Below, in pieces: positions 47,071 through 57,318 of a stretch of 64,000 nt of DNA. Position 1 is the first letter of the stretch. Every line of letters begins with the position of its first letter. Under the pieces are notes generated by a model. It saw only the letters and a program-made list of their open reading frames with translations. It ran no database searches and was not told the DNA's origin. The DNA lies in IMG/VR virus record IMGVR_UViG_3300010297_000002, positions 9,250-73,249 of that record, one strand, 5' to 3'. Source of the stretch: a virus. Position numbers and translations under genes: made by a program.

Positions 47071-48103
47071 GTTGACCCCTCTTTTTGAGCTTTTAGAGGC
47101 CCAGGCTATCCCAAGTAGGTTGATTATAGCGTTCGGAGACCCTAAGAAAGGAAGCTCAGTTCGCCATCTATTCCGTCAAATTCTTCGGAAGAGATTGGTG
47201 GAACAGAGTCACGGTGCAGATCCGGAAGAGTCTTGGGTTTTTGAGAATAATCAATCGAAGCTTAACGCTGGAGATTTTCTCGACAATTGCACAGCATCAG
47301 GGCTCATTCCAATTCCTAAGTTTTATTACTACGACGACATTGCGAAGATCAAAGGTCTGAAGTCGTTGAAGTTCTCCAAGGACCTTAAGAATATTCTGAT
47401 CAGGAATCACACGATTTTGGACTACCATAAATCAAATCTGACTAAGGATTTAGAGAAGTGTGCTTCCCTACCCTCGGCCCCCATCTATGTGTCTATGGAA
47501 CCTCCAAAGCCTTTGACCCCCGAGCACCGGGTTTTGATTTCTCATGCGGTCAAGCATAGTTGTGGTAAAGAATCCTCTAGAGATCTTTTGGAATTCCTTT
47601 CTCGTCGCTATGAATTCGATTTCCCGAAGTTGATGCAAGATCTCTTTTTCTTGAGTCTGGCAGTAGATGATTTCGATTCACAGGAGCTGACTACCCAGAC
47701 TTTTGAAATGAACATAATTCACCAGAGAGTCTATGATGCGGGTCTTTTTATAGACCTGTTCGTTTCAAAACAGGTTCATCACTGCCTCTCTATTGTAGAT
47801 TTTCTTTACCACAAAGAAGATCCAACTTACCTTTTGATTACGTACCTGCAGAACTTCTTAGATAGGATGACTTTTATTCTTAGGCACCCGAATATGAGTA
47901 ACTTCGATTTGGCCAGAAACGTGAGGTCCAGTTTCAGGGATATTGATATGTGTAAGAAGTATGCTCAGATGTGGAACGAGGAGAGCCTGCGTGAGGTATT
48001 CATAGGACTCTATCAGCTTGAAGAGGCGTATGCTTCAAAGTTCTTTCCTAAGTCTCTCGGCAAGACAATGCTAGACCAGCTTATAATGAAATCCCTGGTC
48101 TAG
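47060..48103 (+). CDS. DNA polymerase III delta-like clamp-loader subunit
   Basis: Follows the holB-like gene. Length and segments 'FLDNCTASGL', 'LMQDLFFL' and 'KKYAQMW.EESL......LYQLE...SK......LDQLI' fit the HolA pattern loosely. Confidence 0.55.
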   Translation: MSVKLTPLFELLEAQAIPSRLIIAFGDPKKGSSVRHLFRQILRKRLVEQSHGADPEESWVFENNQSKLNAGDFLDNCTASGLIPIPKFYYYDDIAKIKGLKSLKFSKDLKNILIRNHTILDYHKSNLTKDLEKCASLPSAPIYVSMEPPKPLTPEHRVLISHAVKHSCGKESSRDLLEFLSRRYEFDFPKLMQDLFFLSLAVDDFDSQELTTQTFEMNIIHQRVYDAGLFIDLFVSKQVHHCLSIVDFLYHKEDPTYLLITYLQNFLDRMTFILRHPNMSNFDLARNVRSSFRDIDMCKKYAQMWNEESLREVFIGLYQLEEAYASKFFPKSLGKTMLDQLIMKSLV

Positions 48104-48146
48104 TTTTAGTTGTTTAATTTTTTCCAGCTAATATAGGGCATGTATT

Positions 48147-49109
48147 TTGTGCAAAAGGATTGAAATGGCAGATCTATTTAAAAATCTGGGATATTTGAAT
48201 AAAAGATTGAGTTCGACTGCTGGGCCTGAGACTAAGGCTCCTGAGGTTAAAGAGGTTCAAGCGAATAAAGAAGTAACTGCTTCTGAGGAAACGACCGTTT
48301 TGAGTGTAGATGAGTACAACAGGGTAGTTGAGGTTCTCGATAGCATTATTCCAGTAGAGTATGAGTCTGGCCGTGAATTGGCCGAACATATCGCTCGTAG
48401 TCTTCGATACGCTTCCTACGACAGCGTAGGTAAGGTTCCTCGTCCTTCTGAAGAGTTTGTTGCAGAGGTAATTCAGTCTTTTTTGAAGAAGCAAGGGTAT
48501 AAGATTGAAGCTAAGAACACTCTTCGATTTGTGGCCAGTTCTAAAGATTTCAAGATGAGTTTCGAGCCTCGTGATATGACATTGGCTAAGTCTGTTTACG
48601 AGCAGACTCTTAGATTTCGAAAGGCTGCTGCGATCCTTCCGGATCTTAAGTTCGTGGAAGGTCTAGCCAAGAAAGCTTTCAGCACTCTTTTGAAGGTTAA
48701 GCCTAAAGACCCTTCAAAGTGTTTGGCTGGTATTATCCACACTATGTTCTTTGACTACGCTATGGACAAGAACATTTACCTTACTTCCAGTTTTTATCAC
48801 GAACTTCGAAACAAGTATATGCCAGCGATTAAAGCCAATTTTGGAGTTGATGAGATTAAGTATTACGCAGCCAATGCTCATGATAAAGCTCTCGTAGCCA
48901 AGATTGAAGAGGCCATTGCTAATCCTAAGAGCCACCTTGCTTTATATAAGGAAGCAAAGTCTATTTATCCAGAGCTTTCTGAGAGACCTCTCTGTGAACG
49001 AATTCTTTACTTATCAGAGTTACTGGGATATGAAGATCCTAAGGTCAAGCGATTGGCCGCTTCTTTGAGTAAGGAAACTAAATTGGAGTTTAAGTTTGCC
49101 GCCTATTAA
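48147..49109 (+). CDS. Hypothetical protein (likely start ATG 48165)
   Basis: 320-aa ORF with recurrent xA(A/S) motifs. Confidence 0.6.
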   Translation: MCKRIEMADLFKNLGYLNKRLSSTAGPETKAPEVKEVQANKEVTASEETTVLSVDEYNRVVEVLDSIIPVEYESGRELAEHIARSLRYASYDSVGKVPRPSEEFVAEVIQSFLKKQGYKIEAKNTLRFVASSKDFKMSFEPRDMTLAKSVYEQTLRFRKAAAILPDLKFVEGLAKKAFSTLLKVKPKDPSKCLAGIIHTMFFDYAMDKNIYLTSSFYHELRNKYMPAIKANFGVDEIKYYAANAHDKALVAKIEEAIANPKSHLALYKEAKSIYPELSERPLCERILYLSELLGYEDPKVKRLAASLSKETKLEFKFAAY

Positions 49110-49572
49110 AGAATTCTACCAAGAACTTCTTAAAAGAACCCTGGGGATTTCAGATGTCGAGTCTGTGCCTCGATTGAAGCTTGGTAAAGTAGAAAATAAA
49201 TTTTATGCGGGCTATGATCAAGTCACGATTCATAAATTTTTTGAATGCTCGAATAAGGAATTCCGCCTGGAATTCTTTTTTCTTGAGAGGAATGACTTGT
49301 ATAGTCTTTGTAAGTACATAATTTGGAAGGGTGATAAGATTCACAACACTAAGGTTTTCCCTTATGTGTACAAAGATCTCGAAGCTTTTTGTAGATCTTT
49401 TGCAGTTGAGACTCCCCTCCCGGTTTTAGACCTGATTCGTTCGATGGTAGAGGTTGCTGAGGAGCCTAAGAAGGCTTCGGCGAAGAAATCTTCGAAGTCG
49501 AAGAAGAAGGATGACAAAAAAGAGTTAGAAGAGGCTGAGGAGCCATCTAAGGAGCTAGCAGAAAATGAATGA
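49096..49572 (+). CDS. Hypothetical protein
   Basis: 158-aa ORF overlapping both neighbours. Confidence 0.55.
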   Translation: MPPIKEFYQELLKRTLGISDVESVPRLKLGKVENKFYAGYDQVTIHKFFECSNKEFRLEFFFLERNDLYSLCKYIIWKGDKIHNTKVFPYVYKDLEAFCRSFAVETPLPVLDLIRSMVEVAEEPKKASAKKSSKSKKKDDKKELEEAEEPSKELAENE

Positions 49573-49975
49573 AGTATTTTTCCAGCGTAAGGATCGCTTT
49601 GTAAAATATCCACAAACACCCGCAGCGGTTAACTACGTGGCTTCCACCTGGGTTTCAGCTTTCAATACTGGAGCTCTCGAGTTCGGTGGGGAACTGAGTT
49701 CTTTTCAGATTTCCTTTACTGAAGGAGCGACCACAACCCCAACGGCTCCGGTCCACCGTCTACTTCACATTCCTAAGGGAGAGACTACGGGAGCGGTGTT
49801 CTACCCAGACATTGATGGTCAGGAAGAAACCAAGTCCGGTGAGTGTATTGTTAACTATCCTAGTTTGAAAGTCCAGCCTGGGGATCAGGTAATCGTTCAG
49901 GTTAACTGTAACGCTGATGCTACCGGAACTGCTCAAGCTACGGTAGATTTCGTAGAGTTCAAAGAGAAGAGGTAA
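49565..49975 (+). CDS. Putative small virion protein
   Basis: Beta-rich 136-aa ORF adjacent to the capsid-fibre-like gene. Confidence 0.45.
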   Translation: MNEVFFQRKDRFVKYPQTPAAVNYVASTWVSAFNTGALEFGGELSSFQISFTEGATTTPTAPVHRLLHIPKGETTGAVFYPDIDGQEETKSGECIVNYPSLKVQPGDQVIVQVNCNADATGTAQATVDFVEFKEKR

Positions 49976-49979
49976 TCTA

Positions 49980-50384
49980 ATGGCTAGACTGGTTACAAGA
50001 AAAGATTTAGATAATTTGGTTACAGGAGTAGCCGGTCCAGTTACTGCCCAGTCAGCGGTAACTAAAGGTCAGGTTCTTCGATTAGACACAGCGGGTGAAG
50101 CTAGACCTGCCAATAACTTGGTATCCGATTCCATTGGTAGAATCTTAGGTCTGGCTACTAAAGACGCTGGTGCTGGATTCCCCGTTGAGTATCAGTACAT
50201 TGGTCCTTTTCAAATGCCTGTTGACCAAGGATGGGCTTACGGCCAGGATTTGTATTGGGACGCTTCCGGAAATCTTACCGCGACTCCACCTACTCCAGTT
50301 TTAGGGGAATTCATTCAGATTGCTGGGTTTGCTTTGAGCTCGGATACTATTTTCCTTGTTCAGGTTCCTGGTTACCCTTTCTAA
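49980..50384 (+). CDS. Capsid cement/fibre-like protein (DUF2190-like)
   Basis: 'VTKGQVL.L...G.A.PA', 'ILGLA...A.AG..V', 'W..G..LYW...G.LT.T.P', 'IQ.AG.ALS'. Confidence 0.55.
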   Translation: MARLVTRKDLDNLVTGVAGPVTAQSAVTKGQVLRLDTAGEARPANNLVSDSIGRILGLATKDAGAGFPVEYQYIGPFQMPVDQGWAYGQDLYWDASGNLTATPPTPVLGEFIQIAGFALSSDTIFLVQVPGYPF

Positions 50385-50405
50385 TCAATTAGATTTAAAA
50401 GATTT

Positions 50406-50445
50406 AGAGGTTCGTTCAAAAAAAATGAACGAACCTCTTTTATTT
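50406..50445 (+). terminator. Intrinsic terminator
   Basis: 13-bp perfect stem AGAGGTTCGTTCA / TGAACGAACCTCT with an A7 loop, then TTTATTT. Confidence 0.75.
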
Positions 50446-50471
50446 GTATTGAGGTCATCATAGTATGACTC

Positions 50472-52697
50472 ATGGCAAATTATTTTTACTTCAAAACCGG
50501 GGATATAGTTTACAACAATGTGAACTATTACATTCTCAATGGTCGGGACGCTATTACGGGAGAACCTTGCGTTCTTAAGGGTCGGTTTCACGATGTTCAG
50601 TTAGGAGACACCTTCTGGGTATCCGCCTCTCAAGAGAAGCCGTCAACTTTCTCCAAGACTAAAGGTAAGACTGTATTCTCCGCCAAGGATTATCACCCGC
50701 TGTTCCCGTCGGATTTATCTGCCGAGCCCAGGCTTGTAGGCGACTTCTGTGAGCAATACATAGAGTCTGAGGCTCTTAAGCCTGCTTTTAAGGCCGTGGT
50801 TAAAGCTCAGGGAACAGATTTCATTAACGATGCTTCTATGCTTCGAAATCTAGGGTTTACTCCTCCTAAGAGCGTTTCGAAGAAGAAGTTAGATTCCCTG
50901 ATCTCGGTTATGGTGGGAAAGTATGTGCCCTCCTTAGCCTATTCCCTTCTGTTTAAGTTCAGAATCTCTCGGAAGAGGATTATGTTGATTCTGGATAGGT
51001 TTGAAGAGAGGGCCTTGAAAGAGATTTATGAGAAGCCTTATCTTTTGACTATTCTCGGAGGGGTTTCAATTACTAAAACCGAGGAGTTCATCTCCACTAA
51101 CAATCTTCCAGAAGATCGTGAGATGAAGATAGATGCTGAGGTTATTCATATCGCTGATAATCTTACTCGTAAAGATGGTCATATGTACGCTTCGTTATCT
51201 GAAGCTTTGATGTACCTCAGTACGCAGTATGGAGAAGATCGTAAAAGTTCCATGACGAGGATGCAGCGATTAGAGAATGAGAAACTTCTGTACTACGATC
51301 CGAAGAGGGAGATCTACTCTTCTTACTACAATTATGTTATTGAGGAAGAGATCTTCAAGTACATCTCTTATAAGTTGAAGAATCCTAAGGAGTTTCCTGA
51401 GCTGGAAGATGAAGAGTTTTTCAGGAAAGATTTCAAGAGGAACAAGATATTCGAGCTTACTGACAATCAGTTCTCGGTAATTGAAGCTCTGAGGAAGAAT
51501 GATCTTCTAGTCATTTCTGGCCGAGCAGGCTCAGGAAAGTCTACAGTAGTATCAGCCCTGGTGGAGTATCTTAAGGAAGTTAGGAAGTCTTTTGTTCTTC
51601 TTTCGACAACTGGAAGAGCGGCTAAGGTTTTGAAATCAAAGACTTCCCACGAGGTTAAGACTATTCATTCTCATTTGAAGTTCGACGGGTTGAACTTTGG
51701 AATGGGCAAGAAGCACAAGTTAACCGAAGATGTGATTATCATGGATGAGGCTAGTATGTGTGATTCTTCCCTGGCACATGCTTTGATCTGTGCTATGAAG
51801 GCCGGAGCTAAGTTGGTTCTGGTGGGAGATACTCAACAACTACCTCCAGTAGGCCCAGGAGGCCTTCTCAATATTTTGAACTCCCATAAGGACGTTCCTC
51901 GTTTAGAGCTGACCAGAGTCTTTCGTCAAGGGTCCAACTCAGACATTCTTTCACAGTCTGAAGGTGTGATTGTGGGGACCGGGTTCGATGAGGTTCCAGG
52001 GTCGAGTAATTTTAAAGTTTTGAAGAATCTGAGTAATGATCAGGTTCAGGGAGTCGCTCTTCAATTCGTAATAGACTGTACGAAGGCGAATAAGTCTTTT
52101 GTGGTGCTTTCTCCTAGTCGTAAAGGTCCTAAGGGTGTGGTCAACTTAAATAACCACATTCAACGTTGTATTAATCCGAGAGCCCAAGACACCAATGCGG
52201 TTTGTTTTCGAAATGGGAACTACACCTTCTTTGAGGGAGACCGTGTGATGTTCACAAGGAATAACTGGGTGAGTAAACCACCCGTCTGTAATGGGGATAT
52301 TGGGAAGATCGATAGGATCTCAGCGGATAAGGTCTTTATACTGATGGATGGGGACACCGTGAAGTACTCCTGGGCTGAGGCAGAAGCTTCCCTGGAGTTG
52401 GCGTATGCTATGACGGTCCATAAATCACAGGGATCAGAGTACGATTGCGTTTTGTTCGTGGTTGATGAGATCATGGAGCGAATGCTGACCCGGAATTTAA
52501 TTTATACTGGGTTCACTCGAGCTAAAGCCAAATTGGTAGTCTCAACCAGTACAGACTTCATGAACAAAAGCAGCAATTTAATTTCGGAAAATGACAATAG
52601 AAGTAAAAATAGTTGGTTGGATGTCTTTCTTTCAGATTTCGATCTTAGTAAAGTTAAATCCAGCGGAAAATTTAAAAAGATTAAGAAGTTCTTTTAG
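50472..52697 (+). CDS. recD2: RecD2-like SF1B helicase
   Basis: N-terminal HhH-like 'EKPYLL..L.G'; Walker A 'SGRAGSGKST', 'TGRAAK', 'TIH', 'DEASM', 'VGD.QQLPPVGPG', 'VFRQ', 'LAYAMTVHKSQGSEY', 'YTGFTRAK'. Confidence 0.92.
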   Translation: MANYFYFKTGDIVYNNVNYYILNGRDAITGEPCVLKGRFHDVQLGDTFWVSASQEKPSTFSKTKGKTVFSAKDYHPLFPSDLSAEPRLVGDFCEQYIESEALKPAFKAVVKAQGTDFINDASMLRNLGFTPPKSVSKKKLDSLISVMVGKYVPSLAYSLLFKFRISRKRIMLILDRFEERALKEIYEKPYLLTILGGVSITKTEEFISTNNLPEDREMKIDAEVIHIADNLTRKDGHMYASLSEALMYLSTQYGEDRKSSMTRMQRLENEKLLYYDPKREIYSSYYNYVIEEEIFKYISYKLKNPKEFPELEDEEFFRKDFKRNKIFELTDNQFSVIEALRKNDLLVISGRAGSGKSTVVSALVEYLKEVRKSFVLLSTTGRAAKVLKSKTSHEVKTIHSHLKFDGLNFGMGKKHKLTEDVIIMDEASMCDSSLAHALICAMKAGAKLVLVGDTQQLPPVGPGGLLNILNSHKDVPRLELTRVFRQGSNSDILSQSEGVIVGTGFDEVPGSSNFKVLKNLSNDQVQGVALQFVIDCTKANKSFVVLSPSRKGPKGVVNLNNHIQRCINPRAQDTNAVCFRNGNYTFFEGDRVMFTRNNWVSKPPVCNGDIGKIDRISADKVFILMDGDTVKYSWAEAEASLELAYAMTVHKSQGSEYDCVLFVVDEIMERMLTRNLIYTGFTRAKAKLVVSTSTDFMNKSSNLISENDNRSKNSWLDVFLSDFDLSKVKSSGKFKKIKKFF

Positions 52698-52705
52698 GAG
52701 AGATT

Positions 52706-53062
52706 ATGGCCGCAAAGAAAGAAGAAACCAAGACAAAAAAGACCAAGACTAAAAAAGAGGAAACGCCGGTGTTCGATCCCTCCAAGATCGATGAGTTGTG
52801 TCAAACAAAGTCGATTGCGATTTCGACCAAGCTACGCTTCGGATTTAACGAGGAGCTCTTTTTATCAGAGACTGTGGAGCTGGTCGCGGACTTGCCCGAG
52901 CTAGAGATGAGGAAGCTTAAGGCTTATAAGTTTAATCAACTTCAGATGGATATTCTGAAGTCGGCTCATATCTCAGGCCTACTCACAGTTGAAGACTACC
53001 AGAACAGAAGAACGAAGTTGGAGCAGGTGGCTCAGCTTTTCAACACGGATAAGAAAGAATAA
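52706..53062 (+). CDS. Hypothetical protein
   Basis: RBS AGGAG; 118 aa. Confidence 0.6.
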   Translation: MAAKKEETKTKKTKTKKEETPVFDPSKIDELCQTKSIAISTKLRFGFNEELFLSETVELVADLPELEMRKLKAYKFNQLQMDILKSAHISGLLTVEDYQNRRTKLEQVAQLFNTDKKE

Positions 53063-53823
53063 TGAATATCCCCATCAAAGATCAAATAGATGCCCTTAAG
53101 GACCTTGATGTCCTTAACATGGACCCTGAGGACATCGAGAAGGCCCTGGAGTTCCTAGACCCCGTCTACATAACTCTGAAGCATTTGTTAAGCAGGTTTA
53201 ACCTCGCTGCGGTCTCCAGCCTTCTTTCAGATATGGAATCTCTGGTGGAGCAGTTGGAGGATATTCGGGAGTGGCAGTCAGTGCTTGAGCACTATGACGA
53301 TAAGATCGCTTTCATCAATGCTCACTTGAATAATCTTAAAATTAAACTCGATGATGAGATCGAGAATAAGAAGTTAGAAACAATGTTTGAGATCAGTGAC
53401 GCTACTTCTGGAATGAAGCAGGCGGATCTTAGAAAGTTTGCATTATATCGGTGTAAAGATTTGGTAGCCAGGATGCGTGAAGTCGAGAAGCAGCTTATGG
53501 TTTGGGATTCCATGAAGCAGCAGTTTCGAAAGAAGGCGACTGACTTAAAAAATCATGTAACCACGATTAAATCTTTAATCCACTCGCATGAACTGAGACC
53601 GGAGATTTTCTACAATCGAAAGGCCAGGGAAACGCAGAGTAAAGAAGCAGCTTCCCAGGGTATAGATCGAGTGGTAGGAAAATACTTGATTGATAACTCA
53701 GGTGATGTTACAAATAAAGAAATTAAATCGGAAAAGGAGGGAGTCCAACCCACAGAAGATAATGATAATCAAAAAACGGCTTTAGACGTTTTCGACCAGT
53801 TTGAAAAAAATCCCAAAAGTTAA
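53062..53823 (+). CDS. Coiled-coil protein, possible UvsY-like recombination mediator
   Basis: Helical heptads; lies directly before the SSB and recA genes. Function inferred from context. Confidence 0.4.
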   Translation: MNIPIKDQIDALKDLDVLNMDPEDIEKALEFLDPVYITLKHLLSRFNLAAVSSLLSDMESLVEQLEDIREWQSVLEHYDDKIAFINAHLNNLKIKLDDEIENKKLETMFEISDATSGMKQADLRKFALYRCKDLVARMREVEKQLMVWDSMKQQFRKKATDLKNHVTTIKSLIHSHELRPEIFYNRKARETQSKEAASQGIDRVVGKYLIDNSGDVTNKEIKSEKEGVQPTEDNDNQKTALDVFDQFEKNPKS

Positions 53824-53862
53824 TCGGCGAAATGCCAAAAGAGACAAATTAGGAGACTTGAG

Positions 53863-54801
53863 ATGAATGTTGATTTCGAAACCGTTCCATTAACTATGGA
53901 CTCTACTAGTAAGAGGCTACCTACTTATAAGTTTAAGCAAGGTGAGCCCTCAAGAATTTATGTTTTCCCTGCGTTTTCAACCAGGGTTGTTCGAACACAC
54001 TACCTGAAGGGTATGGGCGTGTTCAGGTGCTTATCACAAGATAGTGCCGCCGTTTGTTGCCAACACTTAGCAACAGACCAGGGTGCTTCCCAGAAGCGGA
54101 AGTTCGCTCTAATCTATCTTCGCTATTTCACGGATTCCTCCGGAAATCCCGTTACAGGTCAAGCTATTGATGAGAAGAACGTGTACTTCTGGTTGGCCCC
54201 ACCCACAAAGCGTAATGATCTCGTTATGGAGGCTCAACGTTTTGGAGATATCGGAGCCCAGGATTTCCTTATCCAACCAATGGACCCAAACAACAGAACC
54301 GTTAAGATTCAATCTTTCGGTGCTAACTCTGCGATTGTAGCCGATCCGGCTTATGCTGATGCTTTCCAGAAGGCATATCAGCGGGCTGAGGAAATGTACA
54401 ATCAGATGGGTGAGAGAGCAGTTATTAATTACACAGAAGTTGACATCATGCAAAGATTTCAGAAGCTGGGTATCCTGCAGGGCGGTGTTCCTGCTAGTAA
54501 CACTTTCGAACCTCAAGCTGCGGCTCAGCCAGCACAACAGGCGGCTGGATTTCCAGCTCCCGCAGCCCCCGCGTATCAGCAGCAGGCTATGCCTCAGGCA
54601 CCAGCAGCTCCGGTTCAGCCAGTTCAGCAGGCCGCTCCAGCCCCACAGGTTGCAGCACCCCAGCCCGCCGCTCCGGCTCCAACTCCAGCAGCTCCGGCTC
54701 CAATGCCAGCAGCTACTCAAGCGGCAGCTCCCGCTCCAGAACCTCCACAGCAATCTGCTGTAGTGGATTCCGCTGGGTTGGAAGATTTTCTAAAATCTTA
54801 A
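53863..54801 (+). CDS. Putative gp32-like single-stranded DNA-binding protein
   Basis: 'KFKQGE..RI', 'RTHY', Cys cluster 'CL......CC', Pro/Ala/Gln linker and acidic-hydrophobic tail 'LEDFLKS'; adjacent to recA. Confidence 0.65.
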   Translation: MNVDFETVPLTMDSTSKRLPTYKFKQGEPSRIYVFPAFSTRVVRTHYLKGMGVFRCLSQDSAAVCCQHLATDQGASQKRKFALIYLRYFTDSSGNPVTGQAIDEKNVYFWLAPPTKRNDLVMEAQRFGDIGAQDFLIQPMDPNNRTVKIQSFGANSAIVADPAYADAFQKAYQRAEEMYNQMGERAVINYTEVDIMQRFQKLGILQGGVPASNTFEPQAAAQPAQQAAGFPAPAAPAYQQQAMPQAPAAPVQPVQQAAPAPQVAAPQPAAPAPTPAAPAPMPAATQAAAPAPEPPQQSAVVDSAGLEDFLKS

Positions 54802-54822
54802 TCGTAGTTACTAACGCTTTTA

Positions 54823-54846
54823 GGCCAGGAGTTTCGGCTCCTGGCT
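54823..54846. other. UUCG-capped RNA hairpin between the SSB and recA genes
   Basis: GGCCAGGAGT-TTCG-GCTCCTGGCT; no U tract on either side. Confidence 0.55.
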
Positions 54847-54850
54847 ATCT

Positions 54851-56005
54851 ATGAGGTATTACATGGGCTTTTCTGCTAAAACGCTGAAAGCAGTCCACAA
54901 GACTGTCAAAGGTGACGTTCAGATCTTTGACCCCGATGCTAAAGTCGAAGCATTGGATTCAGGATCGGTCGTCATCAATAAAATTTTAGGAGTAGGTGGG
55001 TATCCCAAAGGAAGGATCACCGAAATCTACGGAGACTTTTCTTCCGGGAAGACTACCGCTTCTATGCACGCCATCAAATCTTGTCAAAAAGAGAAGAAGG
55101 GTGCTTTGTTCATGGACTTCGAGGAAACTTTCGACGCTCTCTATGCTAAGAGTCTAGGAATCTCCTTAGACGAGTCGGATTTAATTGTACTTCAACCTAA
55201 GACGCTCGAAAATGGGTGGCAGTGGTTGATAGATAACTTTAAAAACCAAGACTTTGTCGATGCCCTTGGACTGATCGTGATAGATTCCGTAGCTGCGATG
55301 ACTCCCGCTGCACAGTTGGAGGGCGACGCAGCTTCTGGAGGTGGTATAGGTTTGATGGCTAGGAAACTGGCGGAGTTTCTTCCCTGGTTGGTGAAGGTTA
55401 TCTCCAAGCCGCAGATCCCTGTGATCTTAATCAACCAAGAGAGGTTGAACTTGGCCAAGGCCATGAACAAGTACGCCGGAGGTCCTGATACCCTCAGTAC
55501 CGGCGGTAAGGCTGTTCAGTTTTACAACACCTGTAAACTCCATCTAAAGGTCAAAGCTTCTGAAAAAGAGAAGCGAGAGAATCCTTTGACGGGGGTAGCT
55601 GAGGAGATGAAGGTACTCAATCGAGTGAGAGTAGCTTGTATGAAGAACAAGGTATCTTTCCCGTTCCTTCAAGGGGATATCATTATTAGGTTCGGCAAGG
55701 GAATCGACAATTTTCTTGCCCTCCTCGATATCGCGATGGCGAAAGGAAAGATCGAGAGAGGTGGGGGTGGTTATTACACCTTCAAGTCTTGTTTGAATGA
55801 TGAGACTCATCGTGTACGGGGAAAGTCGGAGTTAGACAACTTCTTTAAGGATAATCCTAAAGAGTACGGAGCCTTGGAAGAGTGGTTCGCCAATGCCCAG
55901 GTTTCTTATATGTCTGACGAGGAGGTTGAGGAAATGAAAGCATCTGAGAAGGTTGAGCCTTCGGAAGGTGAGAATGAAGGCCTTGAGGTCTTCAGTTTGG
56001 AATAG
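54851..56005 (+). CDS. recA: RecA recombinase (likely start ATG 54863)
   Basis: 'LGVGGYPKGRITEIYGDFSSGKTT', 'IVIDSVAAM', 'INQ.R', 'TGGKAVQFY', 'KNKVS.PF'. Confidence 0.97.
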   Translation: MRYYMGFSAKTLKAVHKTVKGDVQIFDPDAKVEALDSGSVVINKILGVGGYPKGRITEIYGDFSSGKTTASMHAIKSCQKEKKGALFMDFEETFDALYAKSLGISLDESDLIVLQPKTLENGWQWLIDNFKNQDFVDALGLIVIDSVAAMTPAAQLEGDAASGGGIGLMARKLAEFLPWLVKVISKPQIPVILINQERLNLAKAMNKYAGGPDTLSTGGKAVQFYNTCKLHLKVKASEKEKRENPLTGVAEEMKVLNRVRVACMKNKVSFPFLQGDIIIRFGKGIDNFLALLDIAMAKGKIERGGGGYYTFKSCLNDETHRVRGKSELDNFFKDNPKEYGALEEWFANAQVSYMSDEEVEEMKASEKVEPSEGENEGLEVFSLE

Positions 56006-56007
56006 AT

Positions 56008-57318
56008 ATGATAAATCCAATTCGAATAGTAGTACGAAATTATCAAGGTATTAAAGACCTGGACATTACTATCGATGGGTTTACCGTTTTGAAGGGTGAA
56101 TCGGAGATCGGTAAGTCTTGTTTGATGCGAGCAATCCGGGCTCCGTTCATCAATCAGTCCGGCTCAAGTTTTATTCGTCACGGGACCAAAGAGGTTTATG
56201 TGATGATCCATTTCTTGAAGCAGGACTTTAAAATCGAGTGGTTTAAAACCAAAACCACCTCGAAGTACATTCTGAATGATGATCCTGATAACCATACTTA
56301 TGAGAAGCTGGGGAGGGGAGTCGTACCTCCTCCTATCCGCGACTTCGGTATGGGGGAACTCGTCACCCAGATGTCCAACAATAAGTACTATCCTCAGATT
56401 TGTAGTAATCAGAAGGAGACGGACTTTTTTCTCTTTGAGAAGGATTCGGATAAAGCCGAACTTCTCTCAGAGATTTCAAAAACAACCCAGGTGGTGAAAG
56501 CTCGTAGGTTGGTGGCCAAGGATATGTCTTCACAGAAATCTACGGTCAAAGACCAGCAGGCGAGGTTAGCTATTCTGGATAAGAAGGCTGAGATACTCGA
56601 TGAGCATGATGTCGATGCGATAAAAGCTGAGACAATCGAAAGTGTCGAAGACCTTCTACAACGAATGGAAGACTGTGAGAAGAAGCAGGAGTCTCTACAG
56701 AAGTACAGGGAGTTGGAGTCTGTTTCCAAAGTCCTGGACGTGAAGGGCCAATCAGTAGATGTCTCTTCTCTGGAAGACAAATTGAGTTCAGTTCGTAGCT
56801 CAATTAACCTACTACTTCGATACAGCACTGTTAAGGAACTGAAATCTCTCCTTGAGGATAATCTCCAGGACGTTGAGCTTGTTCGGGATCTAGATTTTGA
56901 TGTCCTCAAGGAGAAGATTTCCCTTTTGAAGAGATATCAGGTAGTCAAGGCTGTGGCTGATATAGAACTGCCCGATCTCAGGGAAGTTGCCCAGCCAGAA
57001 GGTTTAGAAGGTCTTCAAGATAAAGTAGCTCGGTTTTTAGAGTATCAGAAGGCTAAAACAAAGGCGGATATTCTGGATTCTGTAGATCAGATAAGTATAA
57101 TTGATCCCGCAGTACTTAACAATCGATTAACAGAACTTAAGAGTAAGTCAGATCTTTATAAGCAGTACGTAGCCAAGAAGAACGAGATCCTCATGTATCA
57201 GAAAGGTATGATGGATGCTCAGGAAGCCTTGGATGCGATTATGAACGAGATATCCCAATACGACAACTGCCCGCTCTGCGGAAGCGGATTACATCAGAAG
57301 GAAGCACATAATGGCTAA
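56008..57318 (+). CDS. sbcC: SbcC/Rad50-like protein, N-terminal half (Walker A lobe, coiled coil, zinc hook)
   Basis: 'I.V.NYQ', Walker A 'GESEIGKS', 'FIRHG', Q-loop, coiled coil, terminal CPLCG; no Walker B. Confidence 0.8.
   Translation: MINPIRIVVRNYQGIKDLDITIDGFTVLKGESEIGKSCLMRAIRAPFINQSGSSFIRHGTKEVYVMIHFLKQDFKIEWFKTKTTSKYILNDDPDNHTYEKLGRGVVPPPIRDFGMGELVTQMSNNKYYPQICSNQKETDFFLFEKDSDKAELLSEISKTTQVVKARRLVAKDMSSQKSTVKDQQARLAILDKKAEILDEHDVDAIKAETIESVEDLLQRMEDCEKKQESLQKYRELESVSKVLDVKGQSVDVSSLEDKLSSVRSSINLLLRYSTVKELKSLLEDNLQDVELVRDLDFDVLKEKISLLKRYQVVKAVADIELPDLREVAQPEGLEGLQDKVARFLEYQKAKTKADILDSVDQISIIDPAVLNNRLTELKSKSDLYKQYVAKKNEILMYQKGMMDAQEALDAIMNEISQYDNCPLCGSGLHQKEAHNG

Noticed and set aside
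54490-54760. GC-rich repetitive tract and the overlapping 214-aa (-) and 136-aa (+) ORFs
   Set aside because: Explained by the Pro/Ala/Gln linker of the SSB; the alternative frames are shadows.
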